From: an uncultured virus (IMG/VR IMGVR_UViG_3300032323_001292)
Taxonomy: Duplodnaviria > Heunggongvirae > Uroviricota > Caudoviricetes
Virus record (IMG/VR): IMGVR_UViG_3300032323_001292
Length of the DNA stretch: 32,642 nt
Strand: one strand, 5' to 3'
Shown piece by piece: positions 24,704 to 32,444 of the stretch. Numbering within the stretch: position 1 is the first letter of the stretch; every line of letters begins with the position of its first letter. Under the pieces are notes generated by a model. The model saw only the letters and a list, made by a program, of their open reading frames with translations. It ran no database searches and had not been told where the DNA came from. Made by a program: the position numbers and the translations under genes.

Positions 24704-25591
24704 ATGCCGGGCTATTTAAAAAACAGTAACTCTTGGAAACAATTAACTAATACTTATGCAAAAGTAGGTGGTTCTTGGAAACAAGGACAACAAGCTTGGG
24801 TAAAAGTTAACGGTTCTTGGAGACAGTGGTTTTCATCCGGTATTTCAGATTTCTTTAATAGAGTAAACTCTGCTGGAAGCTTAGGTACATCTCTTTCTGG
24901 ACAAGCATGGACTAATCTTCGCGGTGTTTGGAACATTGTTTCAAACCGTGCTCAAAGTTCTTCTGGTGGTTCAAACTACCCAATGGCAACTATTGACCTT
25001 GGAACTACTCAAAATACAAACGCTATTGCTTCTATATCTGGAGGTGGAGCAGGAATTGCTTTTTGGGTAGCGGATACTAACTCTTGGTGGGTTGCGTCTA
25101 CTGACTATAATCTTTCTAATTATTCAGTATTAACTGGATGTGATACTTGTTGCTCTTGCTGCATGATTTATGACTGCTTTACTGATTGTTGTCCACGTAT
25201 AAATTATTGCGTTCCTTCAGGTAGATGCTCAAGTTGGAACTGTAACTGCTCTTCTTGTTGTAACTATGCTAATAAAACTGATAGATTTCACTTTTTAAAA
25301 ATATTTAGGTCTGTAGCTGGTTCTATTACCAACCCTGTTACTACTAACTTATTGACTACAACTTTTGATGGACACAACGCAGGGTCATACACACTAATAG
25401 CTAAAATTAGATTATTTTTAACTAGCACCCTTATTACATTGCGTGGATACAATGCCTCCGATACTGAAATAAGTTCAGGAACTACATTTGCAGTTTCTGG
25501 AGCAGCTCAAAGTAGATACGGAGTTGCTTTAGCTCCTGCTACTCAAAACGCATCTGACTCCGTAGATGACATTAACGTAGAGATAGCGTAG
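24704..25591 (+). CDS. Tail-tip/receptor-binding-like protein with Cys-rich insert
   Basis: Three K..G.W[KR] repeats at the N-terminus, a D.FNR...LG...GQ.W lectin-like beta domain, and 14 Cys in 41 aa. Confidence 0.65.
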   Translation: MPGYLKNSNSWKQLTNTYAKVGGSWKQGQQAWVKVNGSWRQWFSSGISDFFNRVNSAGSLGTSLSGQAWTNLRGVWNIVSNRAQSSSGGSNYPMATIDLGTTQNTNAIASISGGGAGIAFWVADTNSWWVASTDYNLSNYSVLTGCDTCCSCCMIYDCFTDCCPRINYCVPSGRCSSWNCNCSSCCNYANKTDRFHFLKIFRSVAGSITNPVTTNLLTTTFDGHNAGSYTLIAKIRLFLTSTLITLRGYNASDTEISSGTTFAVSGAAQSRYGVALAPATQNASDSVDDINVEIA

Positions 25592-25600
25592 TATATACAT

Positions 25601-25846
25601 ATGACTGAAATGCCTAACCGCCCAGCTAGACCTTGGGATATATTCAATAAAAACCTTAATAACGTAGCCCCAGCTATCATTGAGGAAAGAATGAGCACTT
25701 GTCAATCTTGTGAGTTTTTTGTTAAAGCTACTCATCAATGCAAAAAATGTGGTTGTTTTATGGATATAAAAACTAAGTTATTAAATGCTGAATGCCCAAT
25801 AGGTAAATGGGGTCAGGTAAAAATTTCTATGACAGAGGAACAATAG
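25601..25846 (+). CDS. Cys-rich DUF6171-like protein
   Basis: R...CQSC...QCKKCGCFM..K......CPIGKW. Confidence 0.75.
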   Translation: MTEMPNRPARPWDIFNKNLNNVAPAIIEERMSTCQSCEFFVKATHQCKKCGCFMDIKTKLLNAECPIGKWGQVKISMTEEQ

Positions 25847-26079
25847 TGTCAGATATATTAAACTCAATTTTTAACAATAAAGCAGTCCCTACAGATAACA
25901 TTTACTTTGTACTTGTTGACACTACAGATGGCAATAAAGTAATTGATAAAATAAGTGGAAAACAAGAATTTTATGACAATTTAAAAAGAGTAGAAACAGG
26001 AGAAATCCTAATAGTTAAACTAGAAAATCCTTCTGACGCAGACGTTGGATTTGTCTATACCCCGGATGAAGGAGAATAA
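25846..26079 (+). CDS. Hypothetical acidic protein
   Basis: Probable GTG start at 25846 (TAGTG coupling, GAGGA RBS). Confidence 0.6.
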   Translation: MSDILNSIFNNKAVPTDNIYFVLVDTTDGNKVIDKISGKQEFYDNLKRVETGEILIVKLENPSDADVGFVYTPDEGE

Positions 26080-26080
26080 T

Positions 26081-26374
26081 ATGGCGTTTGCAAACCCTAC
26101 CCCACAAGGAGCTAGTCCAAAGCCTCCTTACAAAATTGCTTTTGTTATTGATGATGTTGTAGCAGATACAATTCATGTTCCAGATAGATTAGCTGCAGTT
26201 CTTTTAAGTGAGCCAAAGATAGTTCTTATCCCAGATGAATTAGAAGAGCAAGTAACACCTGGTTGGAAATATAACGAAACTGACGGTTTTATTGATGATA
26301 AAGATTGGCAGTTAGTTAACGAAGAAGCTGTTATGAGAGACCCAAACTACCCTAGAGAATCAGACCCAGCTTAA
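26081..26374 (+). CDS. Hypothetical protein, tail-fibre assembly-like
   Basis: Probable ATG at 26081 after AAGGAG. IAFVIDDVV...VTPGWKYN..GF. Confidence 0.6.
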   Translation: MAFANPTPQGASPKPPYKIAFVIDDVVADTIHVPDRLAAVLLSEPKIVLIPDELEEQVTPGWKYNETDGFIDDKDWQLVNEEAVMRDPNYPRESDPA

Positions 26375-27046
26375 TTACTTGTAACGTTTTCTAACCCAAA
26401 AGTTATCTTTGTAATTACCTTTGTGGTTATTTTTAGATTGCTTTAGCGCTTTACTAATTTGTCGTATGTTTAATTGCCAAGTACTAGTCCAATGAGCTCT
26501 TTTAATAGGTAGCACTTGTGCTATTGGAGTTCCTTTAGATATAGTGCCTATAAAATCATTTCTAAAAAATACCGGTATATTTCCTGGAGTTTTCCATTTA
26601 TCTGCATCCATAATTCCAGACACTGCCATAAATGGTAAATCAAATCTATTAAATGGATGGGTTACTAATAAACTCCATCCTCTAGGTGCTTTATAACCAA
26701 CTTTAAGATAAATAGCAATTCCTTCATGAGAGTACCCAGCAGGAGGAACCATATGCTTTCCAAGTTCTAGCGGTCTAGCATGTAGTACTTGACTTTCCTC
26801 ATCCCATCTAAAGTGCTTTACCCCATCTTCATCTACAGATATGTGTAGGTCTTGGTCTAGCCTAATAATCCAACCACTTGACATTGCGTCAAAATACGGC
26901 ATACAAGCCCTTAAACCGGCAGTCTCGCCATCCGAAAGAGTTAACTCAGACTTCTTGTACCAATCTGGAATAAATCTATGGGCTGGAAGAGGTGATAGCA
27001 CGTTTTCAAATTCTGGGTAATGAAAGAAATGCATTATTTTTTTCAT
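26375..27046 (-). CDS. DUF6065-related beta-rich protein
   Basis: P.PA...IPDWYK, CMPYFDAMSSG, P.GWSLLVTHP.NR..LPF...SGIMDAD and I.KGTPIAQVLPIKR. Leaderless TGC-TACGAT-N6-ATG start. Confidence 0.7.
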   Translation of the reverse strand: MKKIMHFFHYPEFENVLSPLPAHRFIPDWYKKSELTLSDGETAGLRACMPYFDAMSSGWIIRLDQDLHISVDEDGVKHFRWDEESQVLHARPLELGKHMVPPAGYSHEGIAIYLKVGYKAPRGWSLLVTHPFNRFDLPFMAVSGIMDADKWKTPGNIPVFFRNDFIGTISKGTPIAQVLPIKRAHWTSTWQLNIRQISKALKQSKNNHKGNYKDNFWVRKRYK

Positions 27047-27113
27047 ACCTTAATCGTAGCAGTAAGTTTGTGTTGGGCGTGAAAACGGCTGGTAATCTAA
27101 TTAGAATTGACCT

Positions 27114-27389
27114 ATGGCGAAATCTGAAGCGTGGCAACGCAAGGCGGGTAAAAACCCCAAAGGCGGCCTTAATGAAAAGGGACGTAAGTCCTACGAAAAA
27201 GCTAATCCAGGTAGTAACCTTAAACCACCGGTAAAGCGTGAGCAGGCGAAAAAATCGTCTAAGTCCGCCGCCCGGAGAAAGTCTTTCTGTGCTCGCATGG
27301 AAGGTATGAAAAAGAAAAATACGTCTTCTAAAACCGCTAACAATCCGAATAGCCGAATAAACAAGTCCCTACGCGCATGGGACTGTTAA
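27114..27389 (+). CDS. Small highly basic protein, DUF6321-like
   Basis: AWQRKAGKNPKGGLNEKGR...RRKSFCARM...SRINKSLRAWDC. Leaderless TAGAAT-N6-ATG start. Confidence 0.8.
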   Translation: MAKSEAWQRKAGKNPKGGLNEKGRKSYEKANPGSNLKPPVKREQAKKSSKSAARRKSFCARMEGMKKKNTSSKTANNPNSRINKSLRAWDC

Positions 27390-27414
27390 CCAAACTCTAG
27401 AGAATAGGTAAAAC

Positions 27415-28665
27415 ATGGCAGTAAATAACAACGGGAATTTATTAGATTCCTCAAGCAATGTTGCCGTTGATTTTGTATGGGGTAACGTTCCTATGCAACC
27501 AAACGATGACCGTGCTGCTTCAATTAGCAACTTCGGTGGAACTACTGGTTCTGACGAAATTCAATATCAAACAGCAGTAGTAACTGCAGCTTCAGCAACT
27601 GCTGGAACCGTAACTTATACTGCAACAAATACATTCATTGCTGGACAGACTGTAACAATTACAGGTTTATCAACATCTGCATTTAACTTAACAAACGTTT
27701 TAATTGCAACAGCTTCTTCAAGCCAATTCACTGTTACAAACGCAGCCACAGGCACAGCAGTAACTGGTGCAACAGCACAAGCAAAAGTAGTTATTGGCTC
27801 ACTTCCTGGTGTTGGTGCAGATTATGCATGGGCAGCAACTACACAAGTTGCAAGTGGACGTCTAAACGTAGTAACCCCTGCATTTAACAATCACAATATC
27901 GCAGAAGGTGAATGGGCAAGTTTCCCATCTTTCACAGCAGCAACCGGTAACTACATTGTTACAGCTGCAAGTGGAAATGGAACAACTGTTACATACACTT
28001 CACAAAATAAATTAGCAGCAGGAGACACTGTAAATATTACAGGTCTTGTAACTTCTGCATTTAACTTGTCATCAGCAACAGTAGCAACTGCAAATGCAAC
28101 TAGATTTACAGTTACAAGTGCAGTAGGAAACGGCGTATCAATCACTGGTCAATACGGCAAGGTTGAATCTACAACAGCAGCCGCTTCAGGTGATGGCGCA
28201 TTCATTTCAGGAGTTGCATACATCGTTGTACCTAGCGTACTTGGTGAAACAACAGCATTAGCTCTTGATGAACTTTTGGATGCTGGTTACGAATTAGCTA
28301 ACATTACAAATACCACCGGAGTTACAAATACAGCTACACAGCCAACTCGTGTTAACGTAACTTCTACTACAGAAGCTACTATCACTATTGCTGGTGGAAC
28401 AACCTCATGGCCTGTAGGTACTAAGGTAACTATCGCAGCAGGTACAGGTATCCCAGCTGCCGTTGTTGGCACTTGGTATGTAACTGGTGGTTCAGGAAGC
28501 ACACTTGTTATTGCAGGTACAGGATGGACAGTTGCCGATTCAGGCGCTATCACACCTGGAACTCGTTTAACAGGTACAACTGGAACAGTCAGAACTCAAA
28601 GCACAGCAGCAAACGCAGCAAGCATTGCTACAACTGCCACGATTACAATCACCTCTTGGGCCTAA
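27415..28665 (+). CDS. Thr/Ala-rich virion surface protein with repeated beta domains and a PASTA-like C-terminus
   Basis: Two ~58-aa repeats (VTAAS...TVTYT...AG.TV.ITGL.TSAFNL...ATA...FTVT), plus VVPSVLGETTALALDELLDAGY and GTVRTQS. Confidence 0.7.
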   Translation: MAVNNNGNLLDSSSNVAVDFVWGNVPMQPNDDRAASISNFGGTTGSDEIQYQTAVVTAASATAGTVTYTATNTFIAGQTVTITGLSTSAFNLTNVLIATASSSQFTVTNAATGTAVTGATAQAKVVIGSLPGVGADYAWAATTQVASGRLNVVTPAFNNHNIAEGEWASFPSFTAATGNYIVTAASGNGTTVTYTSQNKLAAGDTVNITGLVTSAFNLSSATVATANATRFTVTSAVGNGVSITGQYGKVESTTAAASGDGAFISGVAYIVVPSVLGETTALALDELLDAGYELANITNTTGVTNTATQPTRVNVTSTTEATITIAGGTTSWPVGTKVTIAAGTGIPAAVVGTWYVTGGSGSTLVIAGTGWTVADSGAITPGTRLTGTTGTVRTQSTAANAASIATTATITITSWA

Positions 28666-28673
28666 TAACCCAA

Positions 28674-28712
28674 ATAAAAAAGCCCCTGGTTATCCAGGGG
28701 CTTTCTTTTTTT
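28674..28712. terminator. Bidirectional intrinsic terminator
   Basis: AAAAAAGCCCCTGG-TTAT-CCAGGGGCTTTCTTTTTTT between convergent genes. Confidence 0.9.
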
Positions 28713-29001
28713 AACGTTTAGAAGTTCGTCTTTGTCTTCGTATAACTACTCGGTCGTGTTCTGTGGTACCAGCCCATACTCCCATTATTAATGGAGTTGT
28801 TAGTGCGTATTCAAGACAGTGAGATTTGAATTCACAGGATTTACAAATTTTTCTAGTATATTTAATATTTATTGCGCCTTCCGCTGCATTGTTTGGAAAA
28901 AACAAATCAGGGTCTGTTTGGGCACATGGTTGTGACCCATCAAAAAAAGGTGCTTTAAATTTATCAATACCAGTGTTTTCGCTCCCAGTGACTCCATGCA
29001 T
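28711..29001 (-). CDS. whiB: WhiB-family transcriptional regulator
   Basis: CAQTDPDLFFP, CKSC-x5-CLEYAL and GVWAGTTEHDR, giving four Cys plus the G[VI]WxG turn. Confidence 0.93.
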   Translation of the reverse strand: MHGVTGSENTGIDKFKAPFFDGSQPCAQTDPDLFFPNNAAEGAINIKYTRKICKSCEFKSHCLEYALTTPLIMGVWAGTTEHDRVVIRRQRRTSKR

Positions 29002-29479
29002 TACATGCGCTCCCGTATCTTTTATCGATATAAGCTAGTCCGGCTATTATTTGTTCTTTGGCATCAGAAGTCTTTTTAAATCCGTAAGCTTCCCAAGTTG
29101 AATCTAAAAACTGTGGGATACCATAAGCTGTTGAATTTTTATTCTGAGCTTTAGGATTAAAACGACTTTCTTTGTTCCATACATTACGCAAACATTTCCA
29201 TTCTTGCAAGTCCCAACCTTCTGCATGAACCATTAAAAACGCTAAGGCTTCTGCATCAAAGAATTTTGCATATGGGCTAATGATTGCTTCTCTTGCATCT
29301 GTTCTACTTACAGAAACTGTAACACGAGTTAATTTAACTGTTGTTTTAGGTTCTGTTGTAGACGCCATAGTTACAGATTTAGGTTCTGTTGGCGGAGATG
29401 CTATTGCCGGTGTAACTATAAATGCAGCTACTACCAACAATGACACACATGAGTGTGTTATCTTTCTGATATTAAGCAA
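28964..29479 (-). CDS. Secreted lytic transglycosylase (SLT-like)
   Basis: Signal peptide, CL...W.KESRFNPKAQN, AYGIPQ and QI.AGL.YI..RYGS.C.AW......WY. Confidence 0.9.
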   Translation of the reverse strand: MLNIRKITHSCVSLLVVAAFIVTPAIASPPTEPKSVTMASTTEPKTTVKLTRVTVSVSRTDAREAIISPYAKFFDAEALAFLMVHAEGWDLQEWKCLRNVWNKESRFNPKAQNKNSTAYGIPQFLDSTWEAYGFKKTSDAKEQIIAGLAYIDKRYGSACNAWSHWERKHWY

Positions 29480-29662
29480 TATTCTTGCTCCTCTCAGGTA
29501 TATCTAGCCAATCAAACTTTCGTACTCAAGTCAAGGCGAACTAAAAGTATTGTTTTTAGAGTGACAGGTGTTACTAAAGTAATGTATAAATAAGTAAGTA
29601 CACGTGGCATTACACGGACAACAAACTGTTTAGTTAAAACTACAAACAGAAATGAACTATTA

Positions 29663-29896
29663 ATGACTCTCATGGATTGGGCAGCTACCTTATCCGGCTT
29701 TGCAGCCTTTTTAGGAACTATCGTTTTATCCGTACGATGGATTGTTAAATCATACTTAATAGAATTAAAACCCAATGGCGGGGGTTCAATAAAAGATGCC
29801 GTCAATGATATTAAACGCGAAATGGTAGAAGTCCGCGTATCACTAGCCCGCTTAGAGGGCAAGTTTCATCAGCATGTTGAGGAAACAAAAGACTAA
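29663..29896 (+). CDS. Membrane protein in lysis cassette (holin-like)
   Basis: N-terminal TM helix, LKPNGGGSIKD and a coiled-coil tail. Confidence 0.7.
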   Translation: MTLMDWAATLSGFAAFLGTIVLSVRWIVKSYLIELKPNGGGSIKDAVNDIKREMVEVRVSLARLEGKFHQHVEETKD

Positions 29897-29976
29897 TTTA
29901 GGCTGACGCTCCCAACTTATTTGGGGCAGACTTTATAGAGCCGGTAAAAACGGCACAACCTCTAGAAGGAAGAAAT

Positions 29977-30189
29977 ATGTCAAAATCTATGAAAGCAGCA
30001 GCATCCTCATACGCACGTTCTTTTGCAGCCGCAGCTCTTGCTGCATTTTTAGCAACTGGTGGAGATATTGCATCTCTAAACGCCGATTCACTTAAAATGA
30101 TTTTAAGTGCCGGTGTAGCAGCAGTACTTCCAGTAGCAATGCGTGCTTTAAATCCAAATGACAAAGCATTCGGTAAGGGTGCTAAGTAA
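29977..30189 (+). CDS. Putative holin
   Basis: Two hydrophobic helices, SYARSF...LNPND.AFG, upstream of the endolysin. Confidence 0.7.
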   Translation: MSKSMKAAASSYARSFAAAALAAFLATGGDIASLNADSLKMILSAGVAAVLPVAMRALNPNDKAFGKGAK

Positions 30190-30192
30190 ACC

Positions 30193-30573
30193 TTGTACAT
30201 TCAATGGAAAGACGATAAAAACAAACAGTCTTTTAAACCAAATGTTTGGACACCTATGGTGCTCAATGGTAAAGACGCTATTGACCCTACAAAAGAAGGT
30301 CATTGTTTTTGGGAAGCACAATTACATTTGACTCTACCTAAAACTGGTAGACCAACATATGTAAAAATGAATTACTCAAGAGACTATAAAGGCAAGAACG
30401 ATACTACTGGTACTAATACTTATGCTGTACCCGAAGATGTCACTTCTGTGCAGTTTACGTTATTTTGGTATTTCAATGCTAAACCAGGAACACCTATTTC
30501 TTGTATGGTTTATCACAACGGAAAATCAGATATTGTTTCTGAAATTAGACAATTCAAAGGACTGATTCATTAA
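30193..30573 (+). CDS. Hypothetical beta-rich protein in lysis cassette
   Basis: 126-aa ORF, TAATG-coupled to the M23 gene. Confidence 0.65.
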   Translation: MYIQWKDDKNKQSFKPNVWTPMVLNGKDAIDPTKEGHCFWEAQLHLTLPKTGRPTYVKMNYSRDYKGKNDTTGTNTYAVPEDVTSVQFTLFWYFNAKPGTPISCMVYHNGKSDIVSEIRQFKGLIH

Positions 30574-30962
30574 TGGGCTCACCTATTAAAGACGGAAAAA
30601 TTACCACACCTTATAAAAAAACAGGAAAAATGTGGTCAAAAGGTTATCACACTGGTGTCGACTATGCTTGCAAAGTAGGCACAGACATCATTGCCGTAGC
30701 TGATGGAAAAATTGAAAATGCATCTTGGGGAAAATCTTATGGAACCCAAATTGTGCAAAAAGTAACAGGTGGGTGGGTAATCTACGCTCACCTTTCAAAG
30801 TCTCTTGTTAAACCAGGAGACACAGTATTGAAGGGCCAACATATCGGGGAATCCGGTAATACTGGCAACTCATCTGGTCCTCATTTACATTTTGAAATGA
30901 GAGACAACATTCGCTGGTCCGCTGGGAAAGACATTGACCCTAGCGCTGTATTAGCGTCGTAA
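30573..30962 (+). CDS. M23-family metallopeptidase (endolysin)
   Basis: HTGVD, YAHL and GNTGNSSGPHLHFE. Confidence 0.92.
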   Translation: MGSPIKDGKITTPYKKTGKMWSKGYHTGVDYACKVGTDIIAVADGKIENASWGKSYGTQIVQKVTGGWVIYAHLSKSLVKPGDTVLKGQHIGESGNTGNSSGPHLHFEMRDNIRWSAGKDIDPSAVLAS

Positions 30963-31022
30963 TTTAAGATAAACTAATAGGGCGAGATAACCTCTCGCCC
31001 TATTGTCGACTTAGGAGATTTA

Positions 31023-31220
31023 ATGGCAACAACACCCAAAGCACCTACACCTACAGTAGTTTGCGATATTAGTGGTAAACAAGCTCATTACACAGTTCCA
31101 GCAGATAGATACCCAGAAGCTGCAGGAAACTATGCTTGGGATTGCTTACCTACACATTTAGGCGCTGCAGCAGCAAGAGGAGAATTTCCTTTAGTTGAAC
31201 CAGGCGCATCAGAAGAATAA
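31023..31220 (+). CDS. Small protein, paralog A (degenerate zinc finger)
   Basis: AHYT...CLPTHL...RGEF, AGGAG RBS. Confidence 0.7.
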   Translation: MATTPKAPTPTVVCDISGKQAHYTVPADRYPEAAGNYAWDCLPTHLGAAAARGEFPLVEPGASEE

Positions 31221-31269
31221 TCTAATTTATAGGGCAGGATAACTGCCCTATATTTTTTAGGAGATAAAT

Positions 31270-31455
31270 ATGGCGATTAAATGTGCAAATTGTGAAAATG
31301 ACGCTCATTTTACAATGGCAGACCGTGGAGTTAGACCGGTAGATTATTGCAATCGTTGTTTACCAAAACATTTACTCCCTAGAGCAATTCGTGGCGATTT
31401 TAAATTAAGAGAAGAACCTAAAAAGAAAGCTTCCAAAGCCAAGGCTGAAGAATGA
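31270..31455 (+). CDS. Small zinc-finger protein, paralog B
   Basis: CANC..AHFT...YCNRCLPKHL...RGDF, AGGAG RBS. Confidence 0.75.
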   Translation: MAIKCANCENDAHFTMADRGVRPVDYCNRCLPKHLLPRAIRGDFKLREEPKKKASKAKAEE

Positions 31456-31706
31456 AAACAACAAGGGTAAAAGCCAAACAGGCTCACCCTGTTCCTAATA
31501 AAGTAACAAATCCAACAGGACCCTTTCCAAGAGAACTATTTAAAGAATCTAAAATTGTTGATGATTATCAACCAGCTTTAAATGAAGATGGTATGGATTT
31601 TGAAAAAGGAGCTACGGCTCAAAATAATTTTAAACCAATATACTTGTATTGCGGTGATTGCGACTCTAAAGTATTATCTACAAAAACTAACGAACATGAG
31701 TGTTAA
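31452..31706 (+). CDS. Hypothetical protein with C-terminal CxxC...HxC
   Basis: CGDC...HEC motif, ATGA overlap. Confidence 0.7.
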   Translation: MKTTRVKAKQAHPVPNKVTNPTGPFPRELFKESKIVDDYQPALNEDGMDFEKGATAQNNFKPIYLYCGDCDSKVLSTKTNEHEC

Positions 31707-32161
31707 TGGCTAGAAAACCTACAATTCCTTCTCTTGAAGAGTTGCGTAAAGATTCTCAAAAAGCAGTAGATAGATGGGCTTCTACATATCTAACTCCTGA
31801 AAGAGTAGATGATTTTAAAAAAACTATAACTGAGTCTGCTCCTGAAGATTATGAAGTAACCGATTCTAGAGAACCTGAAGATACTTCTTATACAACACAA
31901 ACAGCACCTACTAAGAATCCTAAAAGACCTAGAGCTTTAAAACTTGCATATAGTAAACAAAGTGAAACTTTAGTAGTTAGATTTAGAGACGGAACTTGGT
32001 GGGGATACTACGGAGTTCCTGTTGAAATGTGGAACGAATTAAAAGCTAGTGAATCTACTGGTGTATACTTAAAAGAATCTGGTTTAGACCAATGGCCAGA
32101 TATGGGTGCATTTAATCCAGCAGAAATGTCTCCGGGACCAAGGACTCAATTAAACAACTAA
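31706..32161 (+). CDS. KTSC-domain protein
   Basis: AYSKQSETLVVRFRDG..WGYYGVP..MWNEL..SES.G.YL. Probable start MARKP at 31706. Confidence 0.8.
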   Translation: MARKPTIPSLEELRKDSQKAVDRWASTYLTPERVDDFKKTITESAPEDYEVTDSREPEDTSYTTQTAPTKNPKRPRALKLAYSKQSETLVVRFRDGTWWGYYGVPVEMWNELKASESTGVYLKESGLDQWPDMGAFNPAEMSPGPRTQLNN

Positions 32162-32162
32162 T

Positions 32163-32444
32163 ATGAAAACAATCGGGCCACTATACGTTGATATTGTTAA
32201 CTACGGAAAACGTGGTTTTATGCCTTTTATTGAAAAAGGCTGGACTAGCGAAATTGAACCTCCGTTTAGAAAAGGTAAATGTTTAGTATTTAGAGTTCCC
32301 TTTACTAGACCAGGGATTGCTTTAGGTGTGTTTGGTAAGTCAAGACTTGAAGAAGCCGAAGCCCTTTTATCTGCTATTGAAGGTAGAGTGATACCGTTAT
32401 CTAAATGGTCTCAGGAGGGTGTAAGTGTTCAAGAAGACTACTAA
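32163..32444 (+). CDS. Hypothetical protein
   Basis: 93-aa ORF packed in the operon. Confidence 0.7.
   Translation: MKTIGPLYVDIVNYGKRGFMPFIEKGWTSEIEPPFRKGKCLVFRVPFTRPGIALGVFGKSRLEEAEALLSAIEGRVIPLSKWSQEGVSVQEDY

Noticed and set aside
24704..25591. Diversity-generating retroelement target
   Set aside because: No reverse transcriptase and no template/variable repeat pair differing at adenines was seen in the window.
29480..29662. c-di-AMP or other riboswitch upstream of the transglycosylase
   Set aside because: The region is AT-rich with no recognisable conserved stems, and it reads as a divergent promoter region.
1777..30200. Many alternative-frame or antisense ORFs in the track (e.g. 1777-1989, 4268-4717, 8946-9335, 22489-22992, 29512-29862, 29898-30200)
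   Set aside because: They overlap well-supported genes, lack RBS or motifs, and look like shadow ORFs.
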